A stretch of DNA of 50,742 nucleotides. Source: a virus (lineage: Duplodnaviria; Caudoviricetes). This document shows, piece by piece, positions 9,819 to 17,832 of this stretch. Where the stretch lies: IMG/VR virus record IMGVR_UViG_3300048598_000585, positions 1-50,742 of that record. One strand, written 5' to 3'. The notes under the pieces are model-generated. The model was given only the letters and a program-made list of their open reading frames with translations, did no database searches and was not told the DNA's origin. A program made the translations under genes and the position numbers. Each line of letters begins with the position of its first letter. Position 1 is the stretch's first letter.

Positions 9819-12800
9819 GTGTTGGTGACCAATCCCGGATCAGCGAAGCCCGCATAGGTTTCGCGCCGCGAGTAGTTCTGGCCGTAGGCTTCGCCCATCG
9901 CATTGGCGACGGTGCGCGGTTGCTGGCCGATCGCCTGTACGGCTTGACCTTGCAGAAACCGTTCGGTCGCCGGCCCGTCCAGCGACAGCGTTAATTTGAC
10001 AGAAGCCACGGCCGCCGGCGGATTCGGAGTCGCAGCGACCACATTGGTGGCTCCACCGATCCCGGCTCCACTCGACCAGGGCGCCTGAATGCCTCCTGCA
10101 TTGGTCGGGGGCAGGAAGCTGATGCGGTTGCCCTTCTGCAGCATCGAAACGGGCAAGGCTGCCACATTCCGGCCTCGCCACGGCTGGCCGGTGTTGAGCG
10201 AGTAGAGTTCCAGAATCTCGCGCACCTGGGGCGACTGGATTGCGAGATCAAAGTTACCGCCAAAGCCCTGCCTGGCGATGTCCACGATCTGCTTCAACAC
10301 ACCCTTGTCGCTGACATCGATGCCGTACGTGGCCTTGATTTTGGCCCTGACCTTCTCCTCCGCACCCTTGATGAACAGCCGGACAATTCCAGCGGTGGCG
10401 CCGACCGCTGTGCCGATGGCTGCCCCGACCGGTCCGCCGAACTTGAATCCCATCAGGGCGCCGCCCGCGGTGGTTTCAGCCAAACCGGTGATGCCACCAC
10501 GACGCAGCCCATCCATGGCGAGCAATCCGCCACCGAGCAGGGCTGCATTGGACCGGCCCAATGCGGACAGCTTCTGCGCCATCGTGGCGGCCTGCCACGT
10601 TGTCGCCATCCCAGGCGCATACTGCACGCCACCACCACCGAAGCCGAGGAAGTCCTTCAGGTTGCCCAACATGCCGGCCATATTCCCCTTGCCGGCGCCG
10701 CGCAGGCCCAACATGCCCAGCAGTCCGCCCCCGCCGCCTGCACTACCATTGCCAACGCTTCCACCACCGCCGAACACGATTGGTTGCCCGGTGAAGGTGC
10801 CCGTCGTCACCCCGGGAATGCCGCCACCAGGAATCACAATCTGCCCCGGACTACCGGAGCCTCCAAACACTGGAAGGGCGCCGAGCCAGAGCGCGCCACC
10901 GAGTTTGCCGGACATCCCTCCGCCGCCCATGCCACCCTGCTGGAAAGCCACCTTGGTTCCGGTGAACAACTGCATCAGCATGGCAGCCACGCGCGAAGAA
11001 ACGACATCCTTGATGGCGGTCAACAGCGCGTTTTTGAGCGAACTGCCAATCGCCGACCAGATGGACTGTGATTTCGTCAGCAAAGCATCGAAGACACCCT
11101 CGGCCTGACGCTTGAAGGAGTCAAAGAGCTGCCGGTTGTGATCGCGAACCATCGCCGCTGTGCGGTTGGCGGCGTTCTGGCGCGCCGCATCGATGGCTGC
11201 ATCGGTGGCCTCCTGATTCGCCGCGCGAATCTCATCTCTCTGCTGATTGAGTTCCGCGATCCGCGCCTTGATCTCATCGGCCCGATATCCGAGGCGGCTC
11301 ATGTTCGCCTCTTCCTCCAAGACCATCCGGGCGGTCTCGATCTCGAACAGGCGCATCTTGACGTCGTGGACGCGGCCCAGGTAGTCCACCTCGATTTGTG
11401 CCTTTTGCTGTTCAACGGTGATCTTCTGCGCGAGGGTCTGCGCGTCTACCGCCTCCAGAGCTCGAAGCCGCGCGTCCCGGCTGATTCCAGCCCGCTGCTC
11501 CTCAATGCCCAGCATGCGTTCGCTCTGTTCAAGGTTCCGTCGGGCGATCTCCTCGTTGTATTGCAGGCGCCGCTGGAGGACCTCGGCATCAAGATCCATT
11601 CGTCGCCTGGCGGCTTCCTCCTCCCCCTTGAGGTATTCGGCGAGCTGTTCGCGATTGTCCTTCTGGAACTTCTCGCGAAATGCCGACCAGCGGTTCCCCA
11701 ATTCGGTGATGACGCTCTCCCACGCCTGGTGAGTGAGTGAGATGCGCCGCGTAGCACTTCGATCGTCGGTGAACGTCGTCCACTTTTCGATCCGGGCATT
11801 CATCTCCGCCAATTCCCTGGCGAACCCCAGTTGCCCTTTTGCGCCGGCTTCCAGTGCCGCCTGCCGCGATTCGTGCTCCACCTCCAACTGGCGCTTGCGG
11901 ATCTCGACGGCGCGCTTCAAGGATTCGACATCCGGCTCGGAACCTTTTTTGATGGCGATTCGAGACTCGACAGGCCCGAAGCTCTCACCCGGCAGAGCCT
12001 TCCGTCCTGACACCAGCTCCCGGATCTGATCGTCGGTCATGCCCTGCTTCCGGAGCTGATCGAGGCTGGTCTTGCCGTTGAACAGGTCGTCGCGCAGGGC
12101 CTGTCGCTGCTTCTCGTCGACGCCATTGCTCACCTGTGCCTGCGTGTCCTTCCAGTTGCTGTAGACGATGGCGCCGGCCGCGACCACGCCCGTGGCAAGC
12201 AGTGCATAGGGGTTCAGCTTGGCCAGATTGAGCGCAGCGACGGATTTCGCCAGAGCCATGATCTTGTCGGCCAGGGCGTAGGAGGCGAGAATGCCAGAGA
12301 CCCACAGTGCGGCTTGCCCGAACTTGCCGAGCCAGTCGGTGTTTTCCCGAAGCCACCCGACCAGACCACGCAGATTGCCGATCAGCGACTTGAAATCCTC
12401 CTGGAACCGCGCGCCCACCTCTTCCTGCAGATCGTGCACCTCGCGCTTCAGGCCCTTCAGCATGACCTCGGCCTCGCCAGCCGAGGCCGCATGGGCACCC
12501 TGAATCTTGGCTCCCTCGCGCATGACAGCGTTGTATCGGGTCTGGCGTTCTTCGGACTCGGTGAGGGCCCGCCCGAGCTTGAGTTCCTGGATGAGAGTCT
12601 CTTTCTGGAAATCCACGAAGATACCCATGCTGCGCAGGCCGCGGGAGGCTCCCGACTCAATGGCTTGAATGATGCCCTGCAGAGCTTCCCCTGCCGAGAC
12701 GTCCTCAATGGCGGCAGCGTTCTTGGCGAGCTTGGCCAGGCCTTCGGACTTCGAAAGCTCCATATCCGCCACGATCAGGCGGTCGATCGCATGGAGGGCA

Positions 12801-13177
12801 TCCTCGTTTTCGAAGCCGATCCGCTGGATGGCCTCGGAGTACTTCATCGCATCCTCTGCCGCGATGCCGTGAGCCTTGGCCAACTGCTGGGTGACCACCG
12901 TCATGCGGGACACCTGAGAGGCCGCCTCGATGGCGCCCACGGTCCAGTCCTTGGCCCAGGTGAGTGCGGCTTTGATGGCCTCAGCAAAGAGGTTGCCGGC
13001 CGCCGCGCCTTTGGCCATGCTCACAGTCAACCCGTCAATCCCGCGAGAGGCGCCGCGGGCCGCATTGGCCGCGGTTGATTCCATGCTCGACAGGCCGGTG
13101 TTGACGCTCTTGATGGAGGCATTGGCTTTGTTGACGTCGACTTCGACGACGAGTTCGAGCTTGTTGTCAGCAGCCAT
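9815..13177 (-). CDS. Tail tape measure protein
   Basis: 1120 aa, helical/coiled-coil Ala/Gln/Glu-rich with Gly-rich hydrophobic C-terminus; position after tail chaperones. Confidence 0.88.
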   Translation of the reverse strand: MAADNKLELVVEVDVNKANASIKSVNTGLSSMESTAANAARGASRGIDGLTVSMAKGAAAGNLFAEAIKAALTWAKDWTVGAIEAASQVSRMTVVTQQLAKAHGIAAEDAMKYSEAIQRIGFENEDALHAIDRLIVADMELSKSEGLAKLAKNAAAIEDVSAGEALQGIIQAIESGASRGLRSMGIFVDFQKETLIQELKLGRALTESEERQTRYNAVMREGAKIQGAHAASAGEAEVMLKGLKREVHDLQEEVGARFQEDFKSLIGNLRGLVGWLRENTDWLGKFGQAALWVSGILASYALADKIMALAKSVAALNLAKLNPYALLATGVVAAGAIVYSNWKDTQAQVSNGVDEKQRQALRDDLFNGKTSLDQLRKQGMTDDQIRELVSGRKALPGESFGPVESRIAIKKGSEPDVESLKRAVEIRKRQLEVEHESRQAALEAGAKGQLGFARELAEMNARIEKWTTFTDDRSATRRISLTHQAWESVITELGNRWSAFREKFQKDNREQLAEYLKGEEEAARRRMDLDAEVLQRRLQYNEEIARRNLEQSERMLGIEEQRAGISRDARLRALEAVDAQTLAQKITVEQQKAQIEVDYLGRVHDVKMRLFEIETARMVLEEEANMSRLGYRADEIKARIAELNQQRDEIRAANQEATDAAIDAARQNAANRTAAMVRDHNRQLFDSFKRQAEGVFDALLTKSQSIWSAIGSSLKNALLTAIKDVVSSRVAAMLMQLFTGTKVAFQQGGMGGGGMSGKLGGALWLGALPVFGGSGSPGQIVIPGGGIPGVTTGTFTGQPIVFGGGGSVGNGSAGGGGGLLGMLGLRGAGKGNMAGMLGNLKDFLGFGGGGVQYAPGMATTWQAATMAQKLSALGRSNAALLGGGLLAMDGLRRGGITGLAETTAGGALMGFKFGGPVGAAIGTAVGATAGIVRLFIKGAEEKVRAKIKATYGIDVSDKGVLKQIVDIARQGFGGNFDLAIQSPQVREILELYSLNTGQPWRGRNVAALPVSMLQKGNRISFLPPTNAGGIQAPWSSGAGIGGATNVVAATPNPPAAVASVKLTLSLDGPATERFLQGQAVQAIGQQPRTVANAMGEAYGQNYSRRETYAGFADPGLVTNT

Positions 13178-13240
13178 TGAGAGTGCTTCCAGGGAGAATC
13201 AAACGAGAATCAGAATCAGGCGGTAACATGAAGGCCTACC

Positions 13241-13462
13241 GTGAATCCGCAGCGCCCGAGCCACATCACCGACGACGACCTGGAGGCCTACTCGCTCGAG
13301 AAGCCCCAACTTGGAACGAAGCGAGCGGAAATCGAGGAACATCTGCTGGTCTGCGCAATGTGCCGAGCGAGGATGGAAGACATGGATGCCTACGTCGAGA
13401 CCATGAAGGCTTCGCTCCGGCTGCTGGACGCCCGCGATCGCCAACGGAACTCTGAGGAATAG
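13241..13462 (+). CDS. Stand-alone zinc-binding anti-sigma (ZAS/zf-HC2-like) domain protein
   Basis: 73 aa: H..DDDLEAY...EIEEHLLVCAMCRAR carries the Hx3Cx2C motif; fills the gap between two minus-strand genes. Confidence 0.75.
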   Translation: MNPQRPSHITDDDLEAYSLEKPQLGTKRAEIEEHLLVCAMCRARMEDMDAYVETMKASLRLLDARDRQRNSEE

Positions 13463-13465
13463 CGA

Positions 13466-13867
13466 TCACGATTCAACCTCGTACCAAGGCGCCTCTCGTC
13501 CTTGGCGGTAGCACCAACGCGCCGGTGCCTGGCGCACATCCACATGCAGGAAGCCGCGCTCCTCATCCACGCCAAAGCCTCTGAAGACCGCGATCTTGTT
13601 GGCCGAAGCATAGAGTCGGCGTGCGGACATGCTGCTAACCCGCACATCGGCGGCCTTTCCAGACAGGTGCTGCGACCGCGGAGAGCCGCCCACGGCCGCA
13701 TTGTGATTCCAGCAGCGGCAGCCCGACAGCACTTCGACAGGCTTCCCGATCGCATCTCGTAGGAACTGCAGACCATGCACCAGCGACAGACTGATCGCAT
13801 CGAGCCCACAACCGCACCTGCATGCGAATTCGGCACGACGGAAGTTGGGAGTCAGCTGTTCCTGCAT
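13466..13867 (-). CDS. Peptidase M15A family peptidoglycan hydrolase (probable endolysin)
   Basis: NFRRAEFACRCGCG, SGCRC..HN..VGG..SQHLSGKAAD and FLHVDVR motifs. Confidence 0.88.
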   Translation of the reverse strand: MQEQLTPNFRRAEFACRCGCGLDAISLSLVHGLQFLRDAIGKPVEVLSGCRCWNHNAAVGGSPRSQHLSGKAADVRVSSMSARRLYASANKIAVFRGFGVDEERGFLHVDVRQAPARWCYRQGREAPWYEVES

Positions 13868-13879
13868 GTTGAAGTCGGT

Positions 13880-14230
13880 CTAACTGCCTGAAAGTTGTCC
13901 GTTCGTCTGCAGCTTTTCGCGATCCAGTTGCTCCCGCTCCTCTTCGAACACCAACATCGCGCCGAATTCATCGGCGCCGATCTCGTCCAGGCTGATGCGA
14001 ATGCCGAGCTTGAGGCCCGCGCGAAGGTCCAGTGCACGCCGGAGCAACGATCCCGCCTCGGAATTCTGCGCGGCATCCAGCTTTTCCAGTGGGCAGTGGT
14101 CGCACCGACCACCCTCGTCCGGAGCATCCGGGCATAAGCCCGGGTCACACAACTCTTCACGGCGGAGCGTCCAATGGATGAGAAACCGCAGGGAGGGCTG
14201 CTCCGGCCACTCCCCGGAGCTCAGTTTGGG
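13880..14230 (-). CDS. Tail assembly chaperone C-terminal extension (gpT-like), probably reached by -1 frameshift
   Basis: The frame is open from the slippery site C CCA AAC through KLSSGEWPEQPSLRFLIHW...LCDPGLCP to the stop at 13880. Confidence 0.7.
   Translation of the reverse strand, partial: PKLSSGEWPEQPSLRFLIHWTLRREELCDPGLCPDAPDEGGRCDHCPLEKLDAAQNSEAGSLLRRALDLRAGLKLGIRISLDEIGADEFGAMLVFEEEREQLDREKLQTNGQLSGS
14200..14230 (-). other. Programmed -1 ribosomal frameshift signal (CCCAAAC + hairpin)
   Basis: X XXY YYZ heptamer directly before the TGA, followed by a GCTCCGG-N7-CCGGAGC stem. Confidence 0.7.
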
Positions 14231-14856
14231 TCGCCCGTCTCCTGGAAGGCGGCATCGAGGGCATCAATTGCGGCCTTCACCGCCACAGCCTGATGGACGA
14301 TGGGGACATCGCCCGAGTATCCCTCCGCGCCTTGGGACAGCCTCTGATAGAGGTCCCCTGCCGGCGCCAGGTTGATGATTAGTTCCTGGCGGTTGTAGGG
14401 CAGATCGAGCACCCGGGCAAATCCGCGGCGGTATTGGAAGACGTCTTTGGCCGAAGGCATCTTCAGCACATGCGCCACAGCGCCGCCGAGCACACGCAGC
14501 GTCACTCGAAATGCATCGCCCACCTGAACCACGTCATCCACCTCGGCCTGGCTCAGTTGTTCGATGACGCGACTGGCCTCGAAGGCATCCACCTCCGTCG
14601 CGTTGTCTTCGGGCAGACGGATCTTCGCCAGAAGCGCAGCATCAGCATCTTCGAAATTCGGGACGGTCGTCTCAGAGACGCCGCGGCCCAGTTGCTTCAC
14701 GATGACCTTGCGCTTCCGCTGGCGTTCAATCCATTCCTTGTCGCTGGGAAAGCGGACTCGGATTGACTTCACGCCCGCAGGCGTCCGGAGTTGTAGGGTA
14801 ATCGGGCGCGCCGCGTCAAAGACAGCGGGAACTGAATCCACCGGGATGGTTTCCAT
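14221..14856 (-). CDS. Tail assembly chaperone (gpG-like)
   Basis: Follows the tail tube gene; AAAGGA RBS; ends in the slippery site. Confidence 0.7.
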   Translation of the reverse strand: METIPVDSVPAVFDAARPITLQLRTPAGVKSIRVRFPSDKEWIERQRKRKVIVKQLGRGVSETTVPNFEDADAALLAKIRLPEDNATEVDAFEASRVIEQLSQAEVDDVVQVGDAFRVTLRVLGGAVAHVLKMPSAKDVFQYRRGFARVLDLPYNRQELIINLAPAGDLYQRLSQGAEGYSGDVPIVHQAVAVKAAIDALDAAFQETGDPN

Positions 14857-14867
14857 GAAAGTCCTTT

Positions 14868-15908
14868 CTACTGGCAGATGCCGTCCACACCGCACTTCAC
14901 CACCGCAGAGACGATGCCATTTGTGGCCTCGTACATCGGAAGGCACTCGACCGCCACCGTGACGATGCCGTCGGTTTCGCCCACCTCAGCAGTGGCGAAG
15001 GAAACCTTCTCCCAGGTGAGTTCCAGCGAGTTGTTGGCGTCATGGGTGAGCGCGATGACCGCCGTGCCTGTGGTCTGCGCCTTGAGTTTGGTCAACTCGG
15101 TCGAGCCGTTTTCAAATCGGGCAGTGAAGCGGAGCGTCCCCTGCCGCTTGCCAAACTCGAGGCGGCCGCGGATAGCCCCACTGGTGGCATCGCCCGACGT
15201 CTGGAAGCCTGAGCCGGGATAGAAGCCGGCATCCATCAGGATGTTGTTCTTCCAACTGGTCTCCAGCGAGACGATGTTCTTGTTGGAGACATAGTTGACA
15301 CCATTGATGGTGAGCGCAAGCGAGGCGGACGGCAGCAGTTTCTCAAGTGTTGCTGCCGGAACTGTGATCCCAGAGGGTTCGGTGAGCTTGCCGGCGCCCA
15401 CAAACTCGATGTTGATCTTCGAGTTGGCGCGGCCAGGCCCACTGCCGACCGAAATCGTCCAGCCTTCGGCTGCGCAGCCCACTGCCATCCGGTCAATCAC
15501 AACGCCGGCGCCCGGCCGGATCTGCTCAACGAAGGAGAAGTAGGGCAGCTCCGCGGCATCGCCCGTGGCTGGGAATAGAGGCGTGCAGGTGTAGGTGAAA
15601 TTGGGCGCCGAACCGGACTTCACCACTTTGCCCAGCGAGAACGCCATCGCCCATGCGGCGATCTCGGCGCTGAGATACTTCTCCAGCGTGCTACCCGCGT
15701 CCCAGGACGTCTGGAACGACTGCATCGGGAACTCGTGGCCTTTGCCGTACTCATCGGCGTCATTTTCGGTGTTGAGCTTAGGGTTGGCGAGTGCGGCATT
15801 GAGCTTTCGGAGTCGCCACATCTGGCCGGCCGTGTTCGCCGTGGCGATGTCTGTCTGCTTCTCCTTGCCGAAGCAGATCAGGACTTCCTGCAGCCTAGTT
15901 GTCGACAT
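14868..15908 (-). CDS. Major tail (tube) protein
   Basis: 346-aa beta-rich protein between the tail terminator and the chaperones. Confidence 0.7.
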   Translation of the reverse strand: MSTTRLQEVLICFGKEKQTDIATANTAGQMWRLRKLNAALANPKLNTENDADEYGKGHEFPMQSFQTSWDAGSTLEKYLSAEIAAWAMAFSLGKVVKSGSAPNFTYTCTPLFPATGDAAELPYFSFVEQIRPGAGVVIDRMAVGCAAEGWTISVGSGPGRANSKINIEFVGAGKLTEPSGITVPAATLEKLLPSASLALTINGVNYVSNKNIVSLETSWKNNILMDAGFYPGSGFQTSGDATSGAIRGRLEFGKRQGTLRFTARFENGSTELTKLKAQTTGTAVIALTHDANNSLELTWEKVSFATAEVGETDGIVTVAVECLPMYEATNGIVSAVVKCGVDGICQ

Positions 15909-16059
15909 CGGGTTTCACCTCTTCCGTCTTCTCGGGTGGCGGACACTGGCTCCAGCCGGCCACCAACCTGGGCACCAGGATTTCTCGCCTTGCCTCGACC
16001 TCCTCCGGTTCACCCTGTCCATGGGGAGGAGCTAGCCACACTTTGTCAGGCCTACTCAT
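15895..16059 (-). CDS. Small hypothetical protein (~54 aa)
   Basis: Overlaps both neighbours; LVAGWSQCPPP motif. Confidence 0.55.
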   Translation of the reverse strand: MSRPDKVWLAPPHGQGEPEEVEARREILVPRLVAGWSQCPPPEKTEEVKPDVDN

Positions 16060-16525
16060 CGCCAGCCTCTGTGAAGAACATGTTGACCTCGAAGTAGTCC
16101 AGGCCCTCGGCATCGGTCCTCCGTTGGATTGATGGCGTGTCCATCGGGTAGCAGGAGGCGTGAACGGTGGCATTCAGCATCGGCACGCCAATGTTCTCCG
16201 GCACACCCTTGGTGATCAGGCGAAACAGCCGGTAATAAGCCGTAGGCGGATCGGTATCGCGAGTCTCGCGGGACCGGAGGAACAGAGACAACTGGTGTTT
16301 CCAGACGTCGACGCCGCCAAAGATTCCGGGGGCGGTCCCTTGCCAGGCAACCATGATGGACGGCGTGGGCATCTGGTGAATCGCGTATGCCAGGCTGGCC
16401 CGCTTCGGATACTGGTCGTGGTAGGCGTAGATGCGATGCCCGTCGCCATTCATCTCAACGACCAGTTCCGGGATGTCGCGAAGCATCTGGACGAGGTTGT
16501 CGATGAGTTCGTTTGAGGGAACCAC
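16052..16525 (-). CDS. Putative tail terminator/completion protein
   Basis: 157 aa directly upstream of the tail tube region; AAAGGAG RBS. Confidence 0.55.
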   Translation of the reverse strand: MVPSNELIDNLVQMLRDIPELVVEMNGDGHRIYAYHDQYPKRASLAYAIHQMPTPSIMVAWQGTAPGIFGGVDVWKHQLSLFLRSRETRDTDPPTAYYRLFRLITKGVPENIGVPMLNATVHASCYPMDTPSIQRRTDAEGLDYFEVNMFFTEAGDE

Positions 16526-16596
16526 TCAAGCTCCTTTGGCTCAAGGTCCGCGCGCAGTGGCGGGCGAAAAGTCCAGACGGCAGTTGGCGGCCACGA

Positions 16597-17052
16597 TCAC
16601 TGCTGCTTGCCACTGAGCGACTTCTCCACCAGTAGCCGATTTCTCAGCTCAGCCAGAATCCGCCGCGATGACTCCAGGACGGCAGCCCTGTTCTTCGGCG
16701 AAAACACGAGCCATGGCTCGATCTTCTGGTTCGCCCACGCTTTGATCCTGTCCTTGCGGGTGGACAACACCGCCTTGGCCTTGTTCTCGCTCACCGTCCG
16801 GACCAGGAGATTGCGCACCATGTTGCCGGTGAAGCTGAGGTTACGCCGATTACCCTTGCCGAGCCGCGTTTTGCGGATGGCATAGTTCTTGGTCAGCGGC
16901 TTGGCCGGGGCGTCAGACGGGCCTTGCGCCGCCGCCAGCCGATTCTTGACCGCATCCACCCCGACGCTGCCAAGCTTGAACATCTGGGTCTGCTTGAAGT
17001 TCAGCCGGTCGAGCCGCATCTGCTTTTTTTGGTAGATTCTCACCGTTGCCAT
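16597..17052 (-). CDS. Putative neck/tail completion (virion morphogenesis) protein
   Basis: Basic 151-aa protein with PLTKNYAIRK..L.FTGNM pattern; position in the connector block. Confidence 0.6.
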   Translation of the reverse strand: MATVRIYQKKQMRLDRLNFKQTQMFKLGSVGVDAVKNRLAAAQGPSDAPAKPLTKNYAIRKTRLGKGNRRNLSFTGNMVRNLLVRTVSENKAKAVLSTRKDRIKAWANQKIEPWLVFSPKNRAAVLESSRRILAELRNRLLVEKSLSGKQQ

Positions 17053-17059
17053 TGAAGCC

Positions 17060-17368
17060 TCACCCGGCCGCGCGTAGCGAGAGCCATGCGCCGCCTGCCG
17101 TGTCTACTCGCACGTCGAACACCCGGTAGACGGTCCCGTCGATAGTCGCCTCGTCGCACTGCTCCGGAGCCGCTGAAAAATCAGCCAAGTGCACAAACAG
17201 ACGCAGGTAGACGCCGTCTGCCTGCATCTGCTCATCGCTGGTCCTGTCGGCAATCCCCACCACGCTGAACGCGCCGCCGCCCGCTGCGGGCTGGTAGGAG
17301 ATCAATGTCCCGAAAGCCAGCTGAGCGGAATCATTAGCCAGACGCGAGAGTTCAGGCCAGTTGGACAT
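17060..17368 (-). CDS. Head-tail joining protein (gpFII-like)
   Basis: 102 aa, IDGTVYRV..V..D..G motif; follows DUF2190. Confidence 0.65.
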   Translation of the reverse strand: MSNWPELSRLANDSAQLAFGTLISYQPAAGGGAFSVVGIADRTSDEQMQADGVYLRLFVHLADFSAAPEQCDEATIDGTVYRVFDVRVDTAGGAWLSLRAAG

Positions 17369-17409
17369 TGTGGTCGGAAGTGAACTTCGAAGGGCCAGTT
17401 CGTCCGTGA

Positions 17410-17763
17410 TTAGAAAGATCCGTTTAGGCGGACTCGAACCGTGGCATCACCCGTGGCCCCGCCGAGGGCGGACGCTCCACTGGGTTGGATTAGGGCGGCA
17501 ACGCCTATTGCAAGGTTGGTGCCAACCGTTGAGGTGGCCTTCTTCGCTGTGTCATCCCAATAGACAGCCGCGCCATCGGTGAACGTGCTCGTGTCCTTGG
17601 CCAGGTCAAACACGCCTTCGGTTGCCGCCTCAATGATGTCATTGAGGGCAGCGTCGACTGCGGCCACGCCAAACATCACGCCCACCTTCATGCCCCCTCC
17701 ACTCGATACAGCATAGGGAGCTTTCATCGGGAGCGGATCACCCTTCTGGATGTAGTTCGTCAT
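17410..17763 (-). CDS. DUF2190 family capsid cement/decoration protein
   Basis: MTNYIQKG...FGVA..EGVFDLAK...VYWD...VRVRLNG signature. Confidence 0.88.
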   Translation of the reverse strand: MTNYIQKGDPLPMKAPYAVSSGGGMKVGVMFGVAAVDAALNDIIEAATEGVFDLAKDTSTFTDGAAVYWDDTAKKATSTVGTNLAIGVAALIQPSGASALGGATGDATVRVRLNGSF

Positions 17764-17832
17764 TTCCTGCTTCTCCTTTGTTCGGACTTTGCAGGGGCAG
17801 CCAGGCCATCCCTGCCGTGAGCTGACTGGGGG

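Noticed and set aside
10560-10960. Gly-rich low-complexity stretch as a separate repeat element
   Set aside because: It is in-frame coding sequence of the tape measure C-terminus
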